DNA from: an uncultured Acidobacteriota bacterium
GTDB lineage: Bacteria; Acidobacteriota; Thermoanaerobaculia; Multivoradales; JAHEKO01
Assembly (NCBI GenBank): GCA_963713825.1
Contig: CAVQNG010000005.1
Span: forward strand, 490,778-554,777
Reading direction: 5' to 3'
DNA: 64,000 nucleotides
Part shown: positions 63,441-64,000 of the stretch, in pieces
Numbering within the stretch: position 1 is the stretch's first letter
Layout: each line of letters begins with the position of its first letter
Notes under the pieces: model-generated
What the model saw: only the letters and a program-made list of their open reading frames with translations
The model's database searches: none
Told to the model about the DNA's origin: nothing
Program-made: the position numbers and the translations under genes

Positions 63441-64000
63441 CTATTCAGCGCTCCTTTGGCCGTTCGGCGCGATGGCCAGGTCCTCTCCCGCCACGTCCTG
63501 CCACGAATAGAGATGAAAGGTCTTGTCGTCGGACATCGCAATGAAGAGGCCGTTGGGGAACGAGGCGTTCAGCGCCGCGCTGGTGACCTCGGAACCGTCA
63601 CTCTCGTTCGTCGAGACCGCGACCGACTTGATGAACTGATGATCGTGCGGATCTCCCGGCGCGCCTTCGCGAGTGAAGATGCGAAAGGCGTTGGCCTGCT
63701 GGTCAGAGACCAGGATGTAACCCGTGCCGTCATCGATCTTGTAGATCGAGATGCCTTCGCGGTCCTGGGCAAAGCCGTCCGTGCCGAACAACGCCAGCTC
63801 GACGTTGGCATCCTGGGCGTCCGGGTCGGCGTGGTACTTGTGAATACCCGCACCCTCGTCGGAGTAGTAGACATATCCCAGCTCGTCTGTCCACGGCCAG
63901 GGCCTCGATCTCTCCGCTCGGTGCCGCTGAACTCACCGAACTCTCGTACCTTGACGGCCTCGACTGTGCCATTGCCATCGTCTTGCAGTCGGTACTGCCA
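63441..64000 (-). CDS. Beta-propeller phytase, C-terminal part; truncated by the window edge, frameshifted
   Basis: EIEALAVD, YYSDEG.GIHKY, DREGISIY, YILVSDQ, ESDG, FPNGLFIAM. Confidence 0.8.

Overview
GC-rich bacterial window from a probable anaerobe. A C-terminal IFxDGFExG motif hints at Acidobacteriota/Thermoanaerobaculia (inference). It is dominated by extracellular electron transfer genes. (1) A Geobacter-type OmcS nanowire locus spans about 22-46 kb: a hexaheme omcS homologue, NHL and YVTN propellers, an outer-membrane barrel, two CsgG-like proteins, a PPIase, 26- and 16-heme cytochromes, a spermidine-synthase fusion, a TPR glycosyltransferase, a CXXCH sensor kinase and a sigma54 activator. 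Upstream of omcS are a consensus sigma54 promoter, a palindromic candidate enhancer and a perfect Rex box. (2) A decaheme cytochrome is paired with a CXXCH-containing MtrB-like porin that is interrupted by an in-frame UGA followed by a SECIS-like hairpin, making it a likely selenoprotein. (3) A recurring CYACCC-N4-GGGTRG palindrome, mostly in tandem at 23-26 bp spacing, marks six intergenic regions. Also present: hypFCDE, a Rieske protein, two SDR-globin-like fusion paralogues with a long inverted repeat around one, a carbamoyltransferase/sxtJ/sxtK-like trio, vapBC, PFOR, a Met gamma-lyase-like gene and a phytase/ABC/TRAP cluster. Many single-base frameshifts, densest at 55-64 kb, are probably long-read errors. 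All family assignments come from motif recognition and recall, not database searches.
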